Shown here: piece by piece, positions 10,234 to 19,121 of the stretch
How positions within the stretch are numbered: the stretch's first letter is position 1
Layout of the letters: each line of letters begins with the position of its first letter
Source: a bacterium
GTDB taxonomy: Bacteria > Krumholzibacteriota > Krumholzibacteriia > G020349025
DNA length: 64,000 bases
Direction of reading: 5' to 3'
Assembly: GCA_031362565.1 (NCBI GenBank)
Contig: JANLSU010000003.1
Span: forward strand, 1-64,000
Program-made: the position numbers and the translations under genes
The notes under the pieces: model-generated
The model's database searches: none
Told to the model about the DNA's origin: nothing
The model's input: only the letters and a program-made list of their open reading frames with translations

Positions 10234-10773
10234 CTAACGGCCGCCCACTTCCTCATGCGTCATGATCGGGCGCATGAAGAGGTCGCCGGCGTCGAGTGTC
10301 TCGCCATCGCCAACCTGGAGCGGAGTCAGCTCCGGCGATCCCAAACTGCCGTTTCCGAACCAGCCGGCGAAATCCCCGGGCGTCCAAGCCGTCGAATTGT
10401 CGGTGTCCTTCCACACATCGAGGTAGTACGTCCCCGGCAACAGATCCACGAAAGCGAACGAAACCTGCGCGCCCTCGCCGGTGACGCGCACGAAAGCGAC
10501 CGGCAGGTTGTGGCGCCACTCTTCGACGCTCCGGTAGAGGGCAGCCCTGGCGTTGCCGAGATTGCCGCCCGCTCCTGCCGGGAGACTGCCGGTACCGCGG
10601 ATCTGCGTCACGGGCGCCGGTTGCGGATCGAGCGTGGGCGCTGGCACGGGCTCCGGAGTCGAGACCGGGTGCGGTGCCGTGGGGCCGCTCTTGCAACCAT
10701 TCACAACGAACCCAGAAACGGCGGCGAGAGCAACGACGAGACAACGGGCGAAGTGCGTACGTGTCGAGAACAT
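10234..10773 (-). CDS. Lipoprotein paralog 1 (Pro-rich linker + beta-sandwich with DxDN motif)
   Basis: AGGAGG SD; lipobox VNGC; YYLDVWKDTDNS..W..GDF.GWFGNG motif shared with the two neighbours. Confidence 0.85.
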   Translation of the reverse strand: MFSTRTHFARCLVVALAAVSGFVVNGCKSGPTAPHPVSTPEPVPAPTLDPQPAPVTQIRGTGSLPAGAGGNLGNARAALYRSVEEWRHNLPVAFVRVTGEGAQVSFAFVDLLPGTYYLDVWKDTDNSTAWTPGDFAGWFGNGSLGSPELTPLQVGDGETLDAGDLFMRPIMTHEEVGGR

Positions 10774-10853
10774 TGGAAGACCTCCTGATTGATAACTTTT
10801 TCCAGTTGGACGTTTGGTGCCTGACTCGAATCGGCCGTGCTCAACGGCCGAGC

Positions 10854-11399
10854 TTATCGATCCGTGCCACCGACCTTGCTCGCCTGCGCCGCGCCGTTGA
10901 TCAAGTACATCGGCAGGTCACCGACATATTTCGTCTGCCCCTCGCGCACCATGAGCGGCGTGAGCGCCGGTGAACCCAGTGCGCCGTTCCCGAACCAGCC
11001 CACGAAGTCGCCGACCGACCAGGTCCCCGAGTTGTCGACGTCCTTCCAGATGTCCAAGTAGTAGACGCCGGGGACGAGATCCGAGAGCGTGAAGGACGTC
11101 TGCGCGCCATTGCCTTCCACCCGAACGAAGGCGACCGGCATGTAGTTGGCCCACTCGTCGAGGCTGCGGTACACGGCCGCCATCGAGTTACCGAGATCGC
11201 CATTGGATCCGGCGCGCAACGTGGCTTGCCCGGTGACTTGTGTGGCACGCTCCGGCTCGCGGACGGGTACGGGCGCCGGTGCGGGTGCCGTCGTTTGCGG
11301 CGCGGTGACGCTGTTGGTGCAGCCGTTCAGGACGAGTGCGGGGACCAGGGCGATGGCGGCAACGAGGCCGCGGGCGATGGAAGTGCGGATGGTGAACAT
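10854..11399 (-). CDS. Lipoprotein paralog 2
   Basis: GGAGG SD; lipobox LNGC; APAPAP linker; YYLDIWKDVDNSGTWSVGDFVGWFGNG. Confidence 0.87.
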   Translation of the reverse strand: MFTIRTSIARGLVAAIALVPALVLNGCTNSVTAPQTTAPAPAPVPVREPERATQVTGQATLRAGSNGDLGNSMAAVYRSLDEWANYMPVAFVRVEGNGAQTSFTLSDLVPGVYYLDIWKDVDNSGTWSVGDFVGWFGNGALGSPALTPLMVREGQTKYVGDLPMYLINGAAQASKVGGTDR

Positions 11400-11448
11400 T
11401 GTGATTCCTCCGAGCCTCGATGTGATCCCAGTTCGGCCTGGGCGCCTC

Positions 11449-11507
11449 GGCCGTGGTGGCCTCCTTCACCTGTTCATGGCGCAGGACTGGCGCGAAGGTG
11501 TTCAGAC
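11449..11507 (-). promoter_or_regulatory. Duplicated upstream element, copy A (putative ECF promoter)
   Basis: Minus strand reads TCTGAACACCT-N9-TCCTGCGCCATGAACAGGTGAAGG; identical blocks occur at 12200-12257. Confidence 0.65.
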
Positions 11508-11524
11508 AAAATCACCGGCGGCGC

Positions 11525-11560
11525 AAAAAACGAGAACGCCCCCTCGAGGGGGGCTTCTCG
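11525..11560 (-). terminator. Intrinsic terminator after lipoprotein paralog 3
   Basis: Minus-strand hairpin CGAGAAGCCCC...GGGGCGTTCTCG followed by T6. Confidence 0.85.
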
Positions 11561-11599
11561 CCTGGTGCTCGGTGCCTGGTGCCTGCGCGACGATCGGGC

Positions 11600-12151
11600 T
11601 CAGCGATCGTTGCCACCGGTCTTGCTCGCCTGAGCCGCATTGGGGATCAGGTACATGAAGAGGTCGCCGACATCGAACGTGCGCCCGTCACGCACCTGAA
11701 ACGGGGTGAGGGCGGGAGCACCCAAGGCACCGTTTCCGAACCAGCCGACGAAGTCGCCGGCGGACCAGTTTTGCGAGTTATCGACGTCTTTCCACACATC
11801 CAGGTAGTAGGTCCCGGCCACCAGATCGTCGATGCTGAAGGAGATTTCGGGTCCGTCGCCATTGACCCGGACGAACGCCACGGGCATGTAGTTGGCCCAT
11901 TCCTGATAGCTGCGGTAGATGGCCGCCATCGAATTGCCGAGATTCCCGGCGGACCCGGCGCGGAGGTAGCCCCGGCCGGTGACGGTGGTCGAGCGCGGGC
12001 CCTGATCGCGGCCGGTCGAAGGCGCCGGAGCCGGAGCGGGTGCTTGCTGCGGCGCCGTGGGGTTGGGGTTACAGCCGGTCATGACGGCGCCGGGGACGAG
12101 GACGAGGGCGACGACGAGGCGGCGCGCGATTTGAGTGCGGATCGAGAACAT
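11600..12151 (-). CDS. Lipoprotein paralog 3
   Basis: AGGAGG SD; lipobox MTGC; APAPAPAP linker; YYLDVWKDVDNSQNWSAGDFVGWFGNG. Confidence 0.87.
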   Translation of the reverse strand: MFSIRTQIARRLVVALVLVPGAVMTGCNPNPTAPQQAPAPAPAPSTGRDQGPRSTTVTGRGYLRAGSAGNLGNSMAAIYRSYQEWANYMPVAFVRVNGDGPEISFSIDDLVAGTYYLDVWKDVDNSQNWSAGDFVGWFGNGALGAPALTPFQVRDGRTFDVGDLFMYLIPNAAQASKTGGNDR

Positions 12152-12199
12152 GGCGTTTCCTCCTGCGTTTCGAGCGGATCCCGAAGGGTTCGGTGCCTG

Positions 12200-12257
12200 G
12201 GCCGTAGTGGCCCCTTCACCTGTTCATGGCGCAGGAAGACGGCGCAGGTGTTCAGAC
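12200..12257 (-). promoter_or_regulatory. Duplicated upstream element, copy B (putative ECF promoter)
   Basis: Minus strand reads TCTGAACACCT-N9-TCCTGCGCCATGAACAGGTGAAGG, same spacing as copy A. Confidence 0.65.
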
Positions 12258-12363
12258 TATTTTGGGGGCCCCCTGCAGAGGTGCATTGGGGATGGGTTTC
12301 CAGGCGAGCCCGGCAGCAGGGATAATGGATGCACCCCCCGGAGAGACTGGTGGATTTCGAGCG

Positions 12364-12933
12364 ATGGCGACGCCTGATCTCACTCATCTGCTGCAGGAGC
12401 TGGGCGGTGGCAACCGCCAGGCGCTCGACGAGCTGATGCCGCTCGTGTATGGCGAGTTGCGTAAGATCGCGCACCGCCAGCTGGCTTCGGAACGCGCCGG
12501 CCACACGATGGATTCTGTCGCGCTGGTCAACGAGGCCTTCGTCAAGCTCGTCAACCAACGCGATCTCACGCCGCAGAATCGCGCCCATTTCTTTGGCGCC
12601 GCGGCTGGCGCCATGCGGCGCATTCTGGTCGACTATGCGCGCGCACGGCGCGCCGCCAAGCGCGGGTCTGGCGAGGGAGCCGTTCCCATCGAGCTTGTTC
12701 AATCCATGCTCTCCGACTCGGGCGCCGAAAACCTGCTCGATCTCCACGATGCCTTGAAACGCCTTTCCGAAATCGACGCCCAGGCGGGACAGGTCGTCGA
12801 GTGCCAGTACTTCGGCGGCATGACGTATGAGGAGATCGCGGTGGCGATGGGGATTAGCGTGATGACCGTGCGCCGCCGCTGGCAGTTCGCGCGCGCTTGG
12901 CTGGCACGCGAACTCGGCGAGGCGAAGGAATGA
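12364..12933 (+). CDS. ECF sigma factor, TIGR02999/ECF43-type (kinase-coupled)
   Basis: LMPLVYGELRKIAHRQL, HTMDSVALVNEA, RAHFFGAAAGAMRRILVDYAR...KRG, TVRRRWQFARAWL. Confidence 0.93.
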   Translation: MATPDLTHLLQELGGGNRQALDELMPLVYGELRKIAHRQLASERAGHTMDSVALVNEAFVKLVNQRDLTPQNRAHFFGAAAGAMRRILVDYARARRAAKRGSGEGAVPIELVQSMLSDSGAENLLDLHDALKRLSEIDAQAGQVVECQYFGGMTYEEIAVAMGISVMTVRRRWQFARAWLARELGEAKE

Positions 12934-15401
12934 ACCCCCAAGAGCGCGATCGCCGCGCCTTCGAACTTTTTCTCCAGGCCGTCGAGCTTGCCGCCGCAGA
13001 ACGCGCCGCATTCTTGGGCGCGGAATGCGGCGACGATGCGGATCTCCGCCACGAAGTCGACGCGCTGCTGCAAGCGGACGAAGGCTTTGCGTCCGGCGAG
13101 CCGCTGCCGGCAATCCTGCGCGCCTCCCGCGTTCGCGACGTGATGGGGCAGGCCCTCGGCGCGTGGAGCAACGACAACGACGATGGCATGGGTGCGCCGA
13201 TCGCAGCCGAAGAGATCCCCGAACGCGTCGGCCCGTACCGCATCCTCCGCAAGGTCGGCGAGGGCGGCATGGGCGTCGTCTACGAGGCCGAGCAACTGCA
13301 GCCGGTGCGCCGCACGGTGTCGCTCAAGCTCATCAAGTGGGGCATGGATACGAAGGAAGTCATCGCGCGCTTCGAGTCCGAGCGCCAGGCACTGGCGTTG
13401 ATGAATCATCCGGCCATTGCGAGCGTCTACGACGCCGGAGCGACGGAACAGGGCCGCCCGTACTTCGCGATGGAGTTCATCCACGGGATCCCCATCACCG
13501 ACTACTGCGACAAGCATCGCCTGACGATTCCGGAGCGGCTCGATCTCGTGATTCAGGTTTGCGAGGGAGTGCAGCACGCGCATCAGAAAGGAATCATCCA
13601 TCGCGACATCAAGCCGGCGAACGTTCTGGTGATGGTGCAGGATGGCCGGCCGGCGCCGAAGATCATCGACTTCGGCATCGCGAAAGCGACCTCGCAACGG
13701 CTCACCGAGCACAGTGTCTTCACCCAGGTCGGCCAGCTCGTCGGCACGCCGGCCTACATGAGCCCCGAACAAGCCGAGATGACGAACCTCGACGTCGACA
13801 CGCGCACCGACGTTTATTCGCTCGGCGTGCTGCTCTACGAGTTGCTCGTGGGCGCGCAGCCGTTCGACGCCAAGGAACTCCGCAAGACGCCGATCCGCGA
13901 GATTCAACGCAAGCTGCGCGAGATGGAGCCGCCGCGTCCGAGCACCAAGGCCGGCACGTTGGGAGCGGACGCCACAGCCTCCGCCTCCAACCGCCGGCTC
14001 GATGGCAAGGCGCACGTCAAACAACTGCGAGGCGATCTCGACTGGATCACGATGCGGGCGCTCGAGAAGGACCGCACGCGTCGCTATGCGACGCCCACCG
14101 ATCTCGCCGCCGATCTCCGGCGCTACTTGAAGGACGAACCCGTCCTGGCCGGCCCGCCGAGCACCACCTATCGATTGCGCAAGTACGCCAAGCGCAACCG
14201 CGTGCCGCTGGCCTTCGTGGGGACGGTGTTCCTGGCCTTCAGTCTCGCGCTCGCCGAGTCGAACCATCAGCGCGGCAAGCTGCGCATCGCGCGGGACGAG
14301 GCGGAACTGGTGATCGCCTCGCTGGAAGACTTGTTGGCTTCCGCCGATCCGAACAAGCGCGGCCGGGACGCAACGGTGCGTGAGGTTCTCGAGGACGCGT
14401 CGAGCAAGATGGCAACGCAGTTCAAGGGCCAGCCACGCGTCGAGGCACGACTGCGCTTCACCGTCGGCAAGACGTACCTCGCCCTCGGCGAGTACGACCA
14501 GGCCGAGTCGAATTTGAAACGCGCCATCGAAGTCGCGGCGCGCGAGCTGGGACCCGAGAATCCGGAGACGCTGCGATCCAAGGTGGCACTGGCCGACGTG
14601 CATCGCGAGCAGGGGCGCTACGATGAATCCGAGGCGCTCTTGAAGGAAACGCTCGACATCCGGCGCCGGGTGCTCGGTCCGGAGAATCCGCAGACGCTCG
14701 CAACCATGACGAGCCTCGCCAGCATCGAGGTGTACCAGAAGCGCGCCAAGGAGGCCGAGACACTTGGCCGCGAGACGGTCGAACTCAACCGGCGCATCAT
14801 GGGCCCGGAGCATCCGCAGACGCTCATTTCAATGCACTACTACGCGCGCGCTTTCCAAGACCAAGAGCGCTGGGGCGAAGCAGAGACACTCTTCAACGAA
14901 ACGCTCACCATCAAGCGCCGAGTGCTTGGCGACGATCACCTGGAGACGTTGAAGACAATGAATGATCTGGCCAACGTCTACATGAGCGAGAGGCGTGTTC
15001 CGGAGGCGGAAGCACTCTATATGGAGACTCTCGAGGGCCAGCGCCGCGTGTTGGGAGTGCAACACACGCACACGCTTATCACCATGTACAATTTGGGTTT
15101 CTTGTATATGCGGCAGAACCGCTACGACGCCGCCGAGAAGATGCTTCTGGAAACCCTGGCACTCGACCGCAAGGTGAGAGGCGAGAAGCATCCTTCCACA
15201 CTCGAGACCGAATACACGGTTGCTTGTGTTCAGGCTCGCGCCGGGAAGCGCCGGGAAGCACTCGACACGCTGCACCACATGGCGAACATGGGCTTCGACG
15301 GCACCTCCATCGACGGGGACACGGATCTTGCATCGCTCAAGGGCGACCCGGAGTTCCAGGCGGTGGTCGCCGAAATCAAGCAGCGCTCCAAGAGCAAGTA
15401 A
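12930..15401 (+). CDS. Hanks-type Ser/Thr kinase with TM segment and TPR (kinesin-light-chain-like) repeats
   Basis: ATGA overlap with the ECF gene; GEGGMGVVY, HRDIKPAN, DFGIAK, GTPAYMSPEQ; 42-aa LGPENP.TL-type repeats. Confidence 0.95.
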   Translation: MNPQERDRRAFELFLQAVELAAAERAAFLGAECGDDADLRHEVDALLQADEGFASGEPLPAILRASRVRDVMGQALGAWSNDNDDGMGAPIAAEEIPERVGPYRILRKVGEGGMGVVYEAEQLQPVRRTVSLKLIKWGMDTKEVIARFESERQALALMNHPAIASVYDAGATEQGRPYFAMEFIHGIPITDYCDKHRLTIPERLDLVIQVCEGVQHAHQKGIIHRDIKPANVLVMVQDGRPAPKIIDFGIAKATSQRLTEHSVFTQVGQLVGTPAYMSPEQAEMTNLDVDTRTDVYSLGVLLYELLVGAQPFDAKELRKTPIREIQRKLREMEPPRPSTKAGTLGADATASASNRRLDGKAHVKQLRGDLDWITMRALEKDRTRRYATPTDLAADLRRYLKDEPVLAGPPSTTYRLRKYAKRNRVPLAFVGTVFLAFSLALAESNHQRGKLRIARDEAELVIASLEDLLASADPNKRGRDATVREVLEDASSKMATQFKGQPRVEARLRFTVGKTYLALGEYDQAESNLKRAIEVAARELGPENPETLRSKVALADVHREQGRYDESEALLKETLDIRRRVLGPENPQTLATMTSLASIEVYQKRAKEAETLGRETVELNRRIMGPEHPQTLISMHYYARAFQDQERWGEAETLFNETLTIKRRVLGDDHLETLKTMNDLANVYMSERRVPEAEALYMETLEGQRRVLGVQHTHTLITMYNLGFLYMRQNRYDAAEKMLLETLALDRKVRGEKHPSTLETEYTVACVQARAGKRREALDTLHHMANMGFDGTSIDGDTDLASLKGDPEFQAVVAEIKQRSKSK

Positions 15402-15475
15402 TGACCTCGAGAGCGCACCACTGTTGCTTGTCCGCATCGCGACGATTGTTTCTGGAGTGTTACAAATTGGCAAGG

Positions 15476-16564
15476 ATGCGAACGGGCGAGGCGACGCCTC
15501 AAATCGCGCTCGGCGCCGCGCAATCGGCGCGTGACGCCGGGCTGCGATACGCGAAGGATAGCCAGCCCGGTATTCGCCGGATCGGCGGGCCCAAGCGGTT
15601 TTGTTACGTCGGCGCCGATGGGCGGCCGGTACGCGAAGAGCGGATCGTCGAGCGAATCCGCCGGCTGGCGATCCCGCCCGCCTGGGTCGACGTGTGGATC
15701 TGCCCCTACGCGACGGGCCACCTGCAAGCGACCGGGCGCGATGTGAAGAATCGCAAGCAGTACCGCTATCACCGCCGCTGGACCGAATCCCGCAACGAGA
15801 CCAAGTTTGAACGCGCCGTAGAGTTCGCGGAAGCGCTGCCCGCGCTACGCCAACGCGTTCGAGCCGACCTGCAGCAAGCTGGCCTGCCGCGCACCAAGGT
15901 CTTGGCGACGGTCGCGCAGCTCCTGCAGTACACGTTGATCCGCGTCGGCAATGCCGAATACGCCCGCGACAACGACTCGTACGGACTCACAACACTGCGC
16001 TCCAAACACGTCCGGATCGAAGGCGAGACGCTGCGCTTCCGATTCCGCGGCAAAAGCGGCAAGGATCACGTCATCGATCTCCGCAACCGGCGGCTGGCGC
16101 GCATCGTGAGGAGTTGCCGCGATCTGCCGAGCAGCGAACTCTTCCAATATATCGACGAATCTGGAACCGTCGAAAGCATCGATTCGGGTGACGTCAACCT
16201 GTACCTACGTGAGCTGACCGGTGAGACCTTCAGCGCCAAGGATTTCAGAACCTGGGGTGGCACCGTAATCGCCGCGCAGGTGCTGCACGAACTCGGCGAG
16301 GCGTCCACCGCCGAGGAAGGCGCCAAGCGGGTCGTCGAATGCATCAAGCGGGTTGCGAAGCAGCTCGGCAATACCGCGGCCGTTTGTCGTAAGTACTACG
16401 TCAACCCGGTGATCGTCGATTGCTACCTGGACGGCTCGCTGACCGAAGCCATCGAAGGGCAAAGCGCTAGATCCGTACGTGCAGTCGATGGGCTGTCGGC
16501 GGTCGAGACCGCCGTACTCGAGTTGTTACGCCGCAACCGGGGTTCAATGCGCCGCGTCGCCTGA
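15476..16564 (+). CDS. DNA topoisomerase IB (bacterial, poxvirus-like)
   Basis: IPPAW.DVWIC, GHLQATGRD.KNRKQYRYH, IRVGN, FRGKSG, AKDFRTW, LGNT..VCRKYY (catalytic Tyr). Confidence 0.93.
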   Translation: MRTGEATPQIALGAAQSARDAGLRYAKDSQPGIRRIGGPKRFCYVGADGRPVREERIVERIRRLAIPPAWVDVWICPYATGHLQATGRDVKNRKQYRYHRRWTESRNETKFERAVEFAEALPALRQRVRADLQQAGLPRTKVLATVAQLLQYTLIRVGNAEYARDNDSYGLTTLRSKHVRIEGETLRFRFRGKSGKDHVIDLRNRRLARIVRSCRDLPSSELFQYIDESGTVESIDSGDVNLYLRELTGETFSAKDFRTWGGTVIAAQVLHELGEASTAEEGAKRVVECIKRVAKQLGNTAAVCRKYYVNPVIVDCYLDGSLTEAIEGQSARSVRAVDGLSAVETAVLELLRRNRGSMRRVA

Positions 16565-16577
16565 TGGCGCGCGACCC

Positions 16578-17315
16578 TCATTCGCCCAGCCCGCGCAGGT
16601 CCTTCGCCCGGTTGCGGCTGACCGCGAGCCGGGTGCCGTCGGTCAAGACCGCCGCCATCTGGCCCTTGCCCTGACGCCGGAACGCCTTCACAAAATCCAA
16701 GTTCACGATGTGGGTGCGATGGATGCGGACGAAGCGCTCCGGGTCCAACCGGGTTTCGAGTTGGTGGAGGGCGATATGCAGGACGTGCTGCGCGGCTCCG
16801 ACGTGCGCGGTCACATAGTCGCCTTGGGCTTCGAACCATGTGACGTCTTTGACCGCGACCGGGATGATCGCGCTGCCCGAGCGCACGAACAACCGGCTCA
16901 TAGGGCCATTCCTCAGTGCCTCACGCAAGCGATCGAAGGCCGTCGCACTTTGTGGTTCACCGAGGGCGGCGCGCACCCGTTCGAGAGCACTCGCGAGTCG
17001 CTCGGGGCCAAACGGCTTGAGCAAGTAGTCCAGCGCACCCAGTTCGAACGCCGTCACCGCGTGTTGTGCGAATGCCGTCGTAAACACGACGAACGGCCGA
17101 TGCTGAATCCGTGTGAGAACTTCCGTGCCCAGGAGCCCAGGCATTTGAATGTCGAGGAACACGAGTTCGGGGCGCAGTGTATCAATGGCTTCGACCGCGG
17201 CCGGTCCGCTTGCCGCCTCGCCGACGCACGCCACCCACTCGACGGCGTCCAGCATGTCACGCAGGCCGGCGCGCGCCACGGGCTCGTCGTCCGCGATCAG
17301 CACCGACACCTTCAT
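16578..17315 (-). CDS. LytTR-family response regulator
   Basis: ADDE, FLDIQMP, DYLLKPF receiver; FVRIHRTHIVN...VSR LytTR domain. Confidence 0.95.
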   Translation of the reverse strand: MKVSVLIADDEPVARAGLRDMLDAVEWVACVGEAASGPAAVEAIDTLRPELVFLDIQMPGLLGTEVLTRIQHRPFVVFTTAFAQHAVTAFELGALDYLLKPFGPERLASALERVRAALGEPQSATAFDRLREALRNGPMSRLFVRSGSAIIPVAVKDVTWFEAQGDYVTAHVGAAQHVLHIALHQLETRLDPERFVRIHRTHIVNLDFVKAFRRQGKGQMAAVLTDGTRLAVSRNRAKDLRGLGE

Positions 17316-18379
17316 GATGGAAGCACTCCCCGGCTCCGCTCACTCTGCGCCGGGCGGTCACCGTCGGACGCATGCGGAATGACGAGCGCCGCGGTAAAAC
17401 CGCCGCCGTCCGCCATCGCCACGTCGAGCCGTGCCCGGCCGCCATACAGCGCTGCCAGGCGTTCACGCAAGCGCGCGAGGCCGGTGCCGCCACTCGCGGC
17501 GATTGCTGCCGGACTCGCACCTGCTCCGGTATCGTGCACCGTCACCGTCAGCGTGTCGTCCGACATGCGGCCCTGCACGGTCACGGTCGTGGGCTCCACA
17601 CGCGGCGCTGCACCGTGCCGCACGGCGTTTTCGACCAACGTCTGCACTGCGAACGACGGCACGAGTGCAGCGCGTGCGTCGTCGGTCAAGTCGACCTGCA
17701 CCTGCAGGCGGTCACCGAATCGAATCCGTTCGATATCCACGTAGCGCTCCACGAACGTCCACTCTTCGCCGAGCGACACCATGTCGCGGTTCTCCTCGAT
17801 CGTCGTGCGGAGCAATGCCGCGATCTGTTCCGCAGCATGCGCCGCCTGCCGCGGCTCACGAGGAATGAGTTGCACAACGGTGTGCAGGGCGTTGAACAGG
17901 AAGTGCGGATTCAATTGCGCCCGCAACGCGGCGAGCTGCGACTGTACCGCGATCGCCTCGATGCGCGCCGCCCGCTCCGCCGCCTGATGGGCATAGGTCA
18001 CACCCGCTACGATCACGTACAGCCAGACACCCGTCACGAGATACGGTCCGGCGCCCGGCCCGAGAACGAGGACCAAGGCGCGCTGCCGAATGCTCTCGAT
18101 GGCGCTATTGGTCAGAAACCACGTGGTCGCGAAGACCGCCGCAGCCAGCAGATGCGCCGCCACGAAGCCCGGCCGCATCGGATGCGGCCACGGCAATCGA
18201 AGTGTCAAGCGTTGGACGCCCAACCCCAGTACTGCGGCAATCGCGATCATGCGGAAACCGATGAGAACTGCGGAAAGGAACCCGATCCCAGGATGCGCGG
18301 TCAGCAAGAGCGTCACGAACAACGCCCAGACCGGCGTCCAACCGATCAGCAATTGCAGCCAAATCCAGCGTCGTATCAT
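17312..18379 (-). CDS. LytS/YehU-type sensor histidine kinase
   Basis: Four N-terminal TM helices; LRAQLNPHFLFNAL, ERIRFGDRL, LVENAVRHG, GTGL. Confidence 0.93.
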   Translation of the reverse strand: MIRRWIWLQLLIGWTPVWALFVTLLLTAHPGIGFLSAVLIGFRMIAIAAVLGLGVQRLTLRLPWPHPMRPGFVAAHLLAAAVFATTWFLTNSAIESIRQRALVLVLGPGAGPYLVTGVWLYVIVAGVTYAHQAAERAARIEAIAVQSQLAALRAQLNPHFLFNALHTVVQLIPREPRQAAHAAEQIAALLRTTIEENRDMVSLGEEWTFVERYVDIERIRFGDRLQVQVDLTDDARAALVPSFAVQTLVENAVRHGAAPRVEPTTVTVQGRMSDDTLTVTVHDTGAGASPAAIAASGGTGLARLRERLAALYGGRARLDVAMADGGGFTAALVIPHASDGDRPAQSERSRGVLPS

Positions 18380-18421
18380 GGGCGGCAATCCCCAAGCCGG
18401 CGTCCGGCCCTTTCACAAGGC

Positions 18422-19009
18422 TCACCGCGGAGCGATCGCCGCGACGCGTTTGGCCTCGATCTTCATGATGCCCTCGGTCCAGGTCTTGCCGTCATCGTAC
18501 GAGCGGTCCTGCTGAAACCGGAAGCTGGTCGGCGTAATGGAGTAGAACCGCGTCCGCGACACATACGCGCGCCCCTCGGAGTCGGTCCCGTGGCCTTGTT
18601 GGTGCATTTCCCCGTCACGCCATTCGCCTGTCCCGGTCTGAAAGGTCGCCCGGTAGACATCCACGGATGATGAGTTCCAGTGCCGTGCCTTGGCATCGTA
18701 CACGCGGACGCACTGGGTGAACGCCCGTGGATTTCCGGATTCATCGGTGAGCCGGATTTCGTCCTCGATCCCCCAACCATCCAACCCACGCCACACCTTC
18801 CAAATACCCGGGAACTTTGGAGTGCCGTGGATCTTTGCCGCGAGGCCCGCGACGTAGGGTTCGGCCACGATCTCCCATTGCCCGACCATGAAATCGAACT
18901 GCGAAACTTCGGTCGGGGCGGTGTATGAGGGCGGAGCACCATGCTGCGCGCCCGCGGGCAGAGCGGTCACAAGAAGTGCCGATGCGATGATGATCGAACG
19001 GATGGTCAT
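18422..19009 (-). CDS. Secreted hypothetical protein (DUF1579-like)
   Basis: GGAGG SD; signal peptide; QFDFMVGQW and SYDDGKTW motifs. Confidence 0.8.
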   Translation of the reverse strand: MTIRSIIIASALLVTALPAGAQHGAPPSYTAPTEVSQFDFMVGQWEIVAEPYVAGLAAKIHGTPKFPGIWKVWRGLDGWGIEDEIRLTDESGNPRAFTQCVRVYDAKARHWNSSSVDVYRATFQTGTGEWRDGEMHQQGHGTDSEGRAYVSRTRFYSITPTSFRFQQDRSYDDGKTWTEGIMKIEAKRVAAIAPR

Positions 19010-19056
19010 GATTCCTCCAACGGGGGATCGCCACGACACAACGTACGCGCTCCAGC

Positions 19057-19121
19057 AACGGCAAACGGCGCCTTTTTCGCCCAACGGTTGCTCGAGGCCG
19101 TCGAACGGCGCCGCAAAACGG
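19057..19121. promoter_or_regulatory. Putative LytTR binding repeats in a divergent promoter region
   Basis: AACGG (CCGTT on the minus strand) at 19057, 19064, 19083, 19104 and 19117; 19083 and 19104 are 21 bp apart. Confidence 0.55.

Noticed and set aside
10234..12151. Lipoprotein triplet as a DGR template/variable repeat or phase-variation cassette
   Set aside because: Differences are spread over whole genes and all bases, each copy has its own SD and lipobox, and no reverse transcriptase or recombinase lies in the window
12699..14813. Long antisense ORFs (e.g. 12699-14813, 29609-31198, 38457-40112, 47876-49258, 58366-59790)
   Set aside because: Shadow frames of well-supported genes in high-GC DNA, with no recognisable motifs
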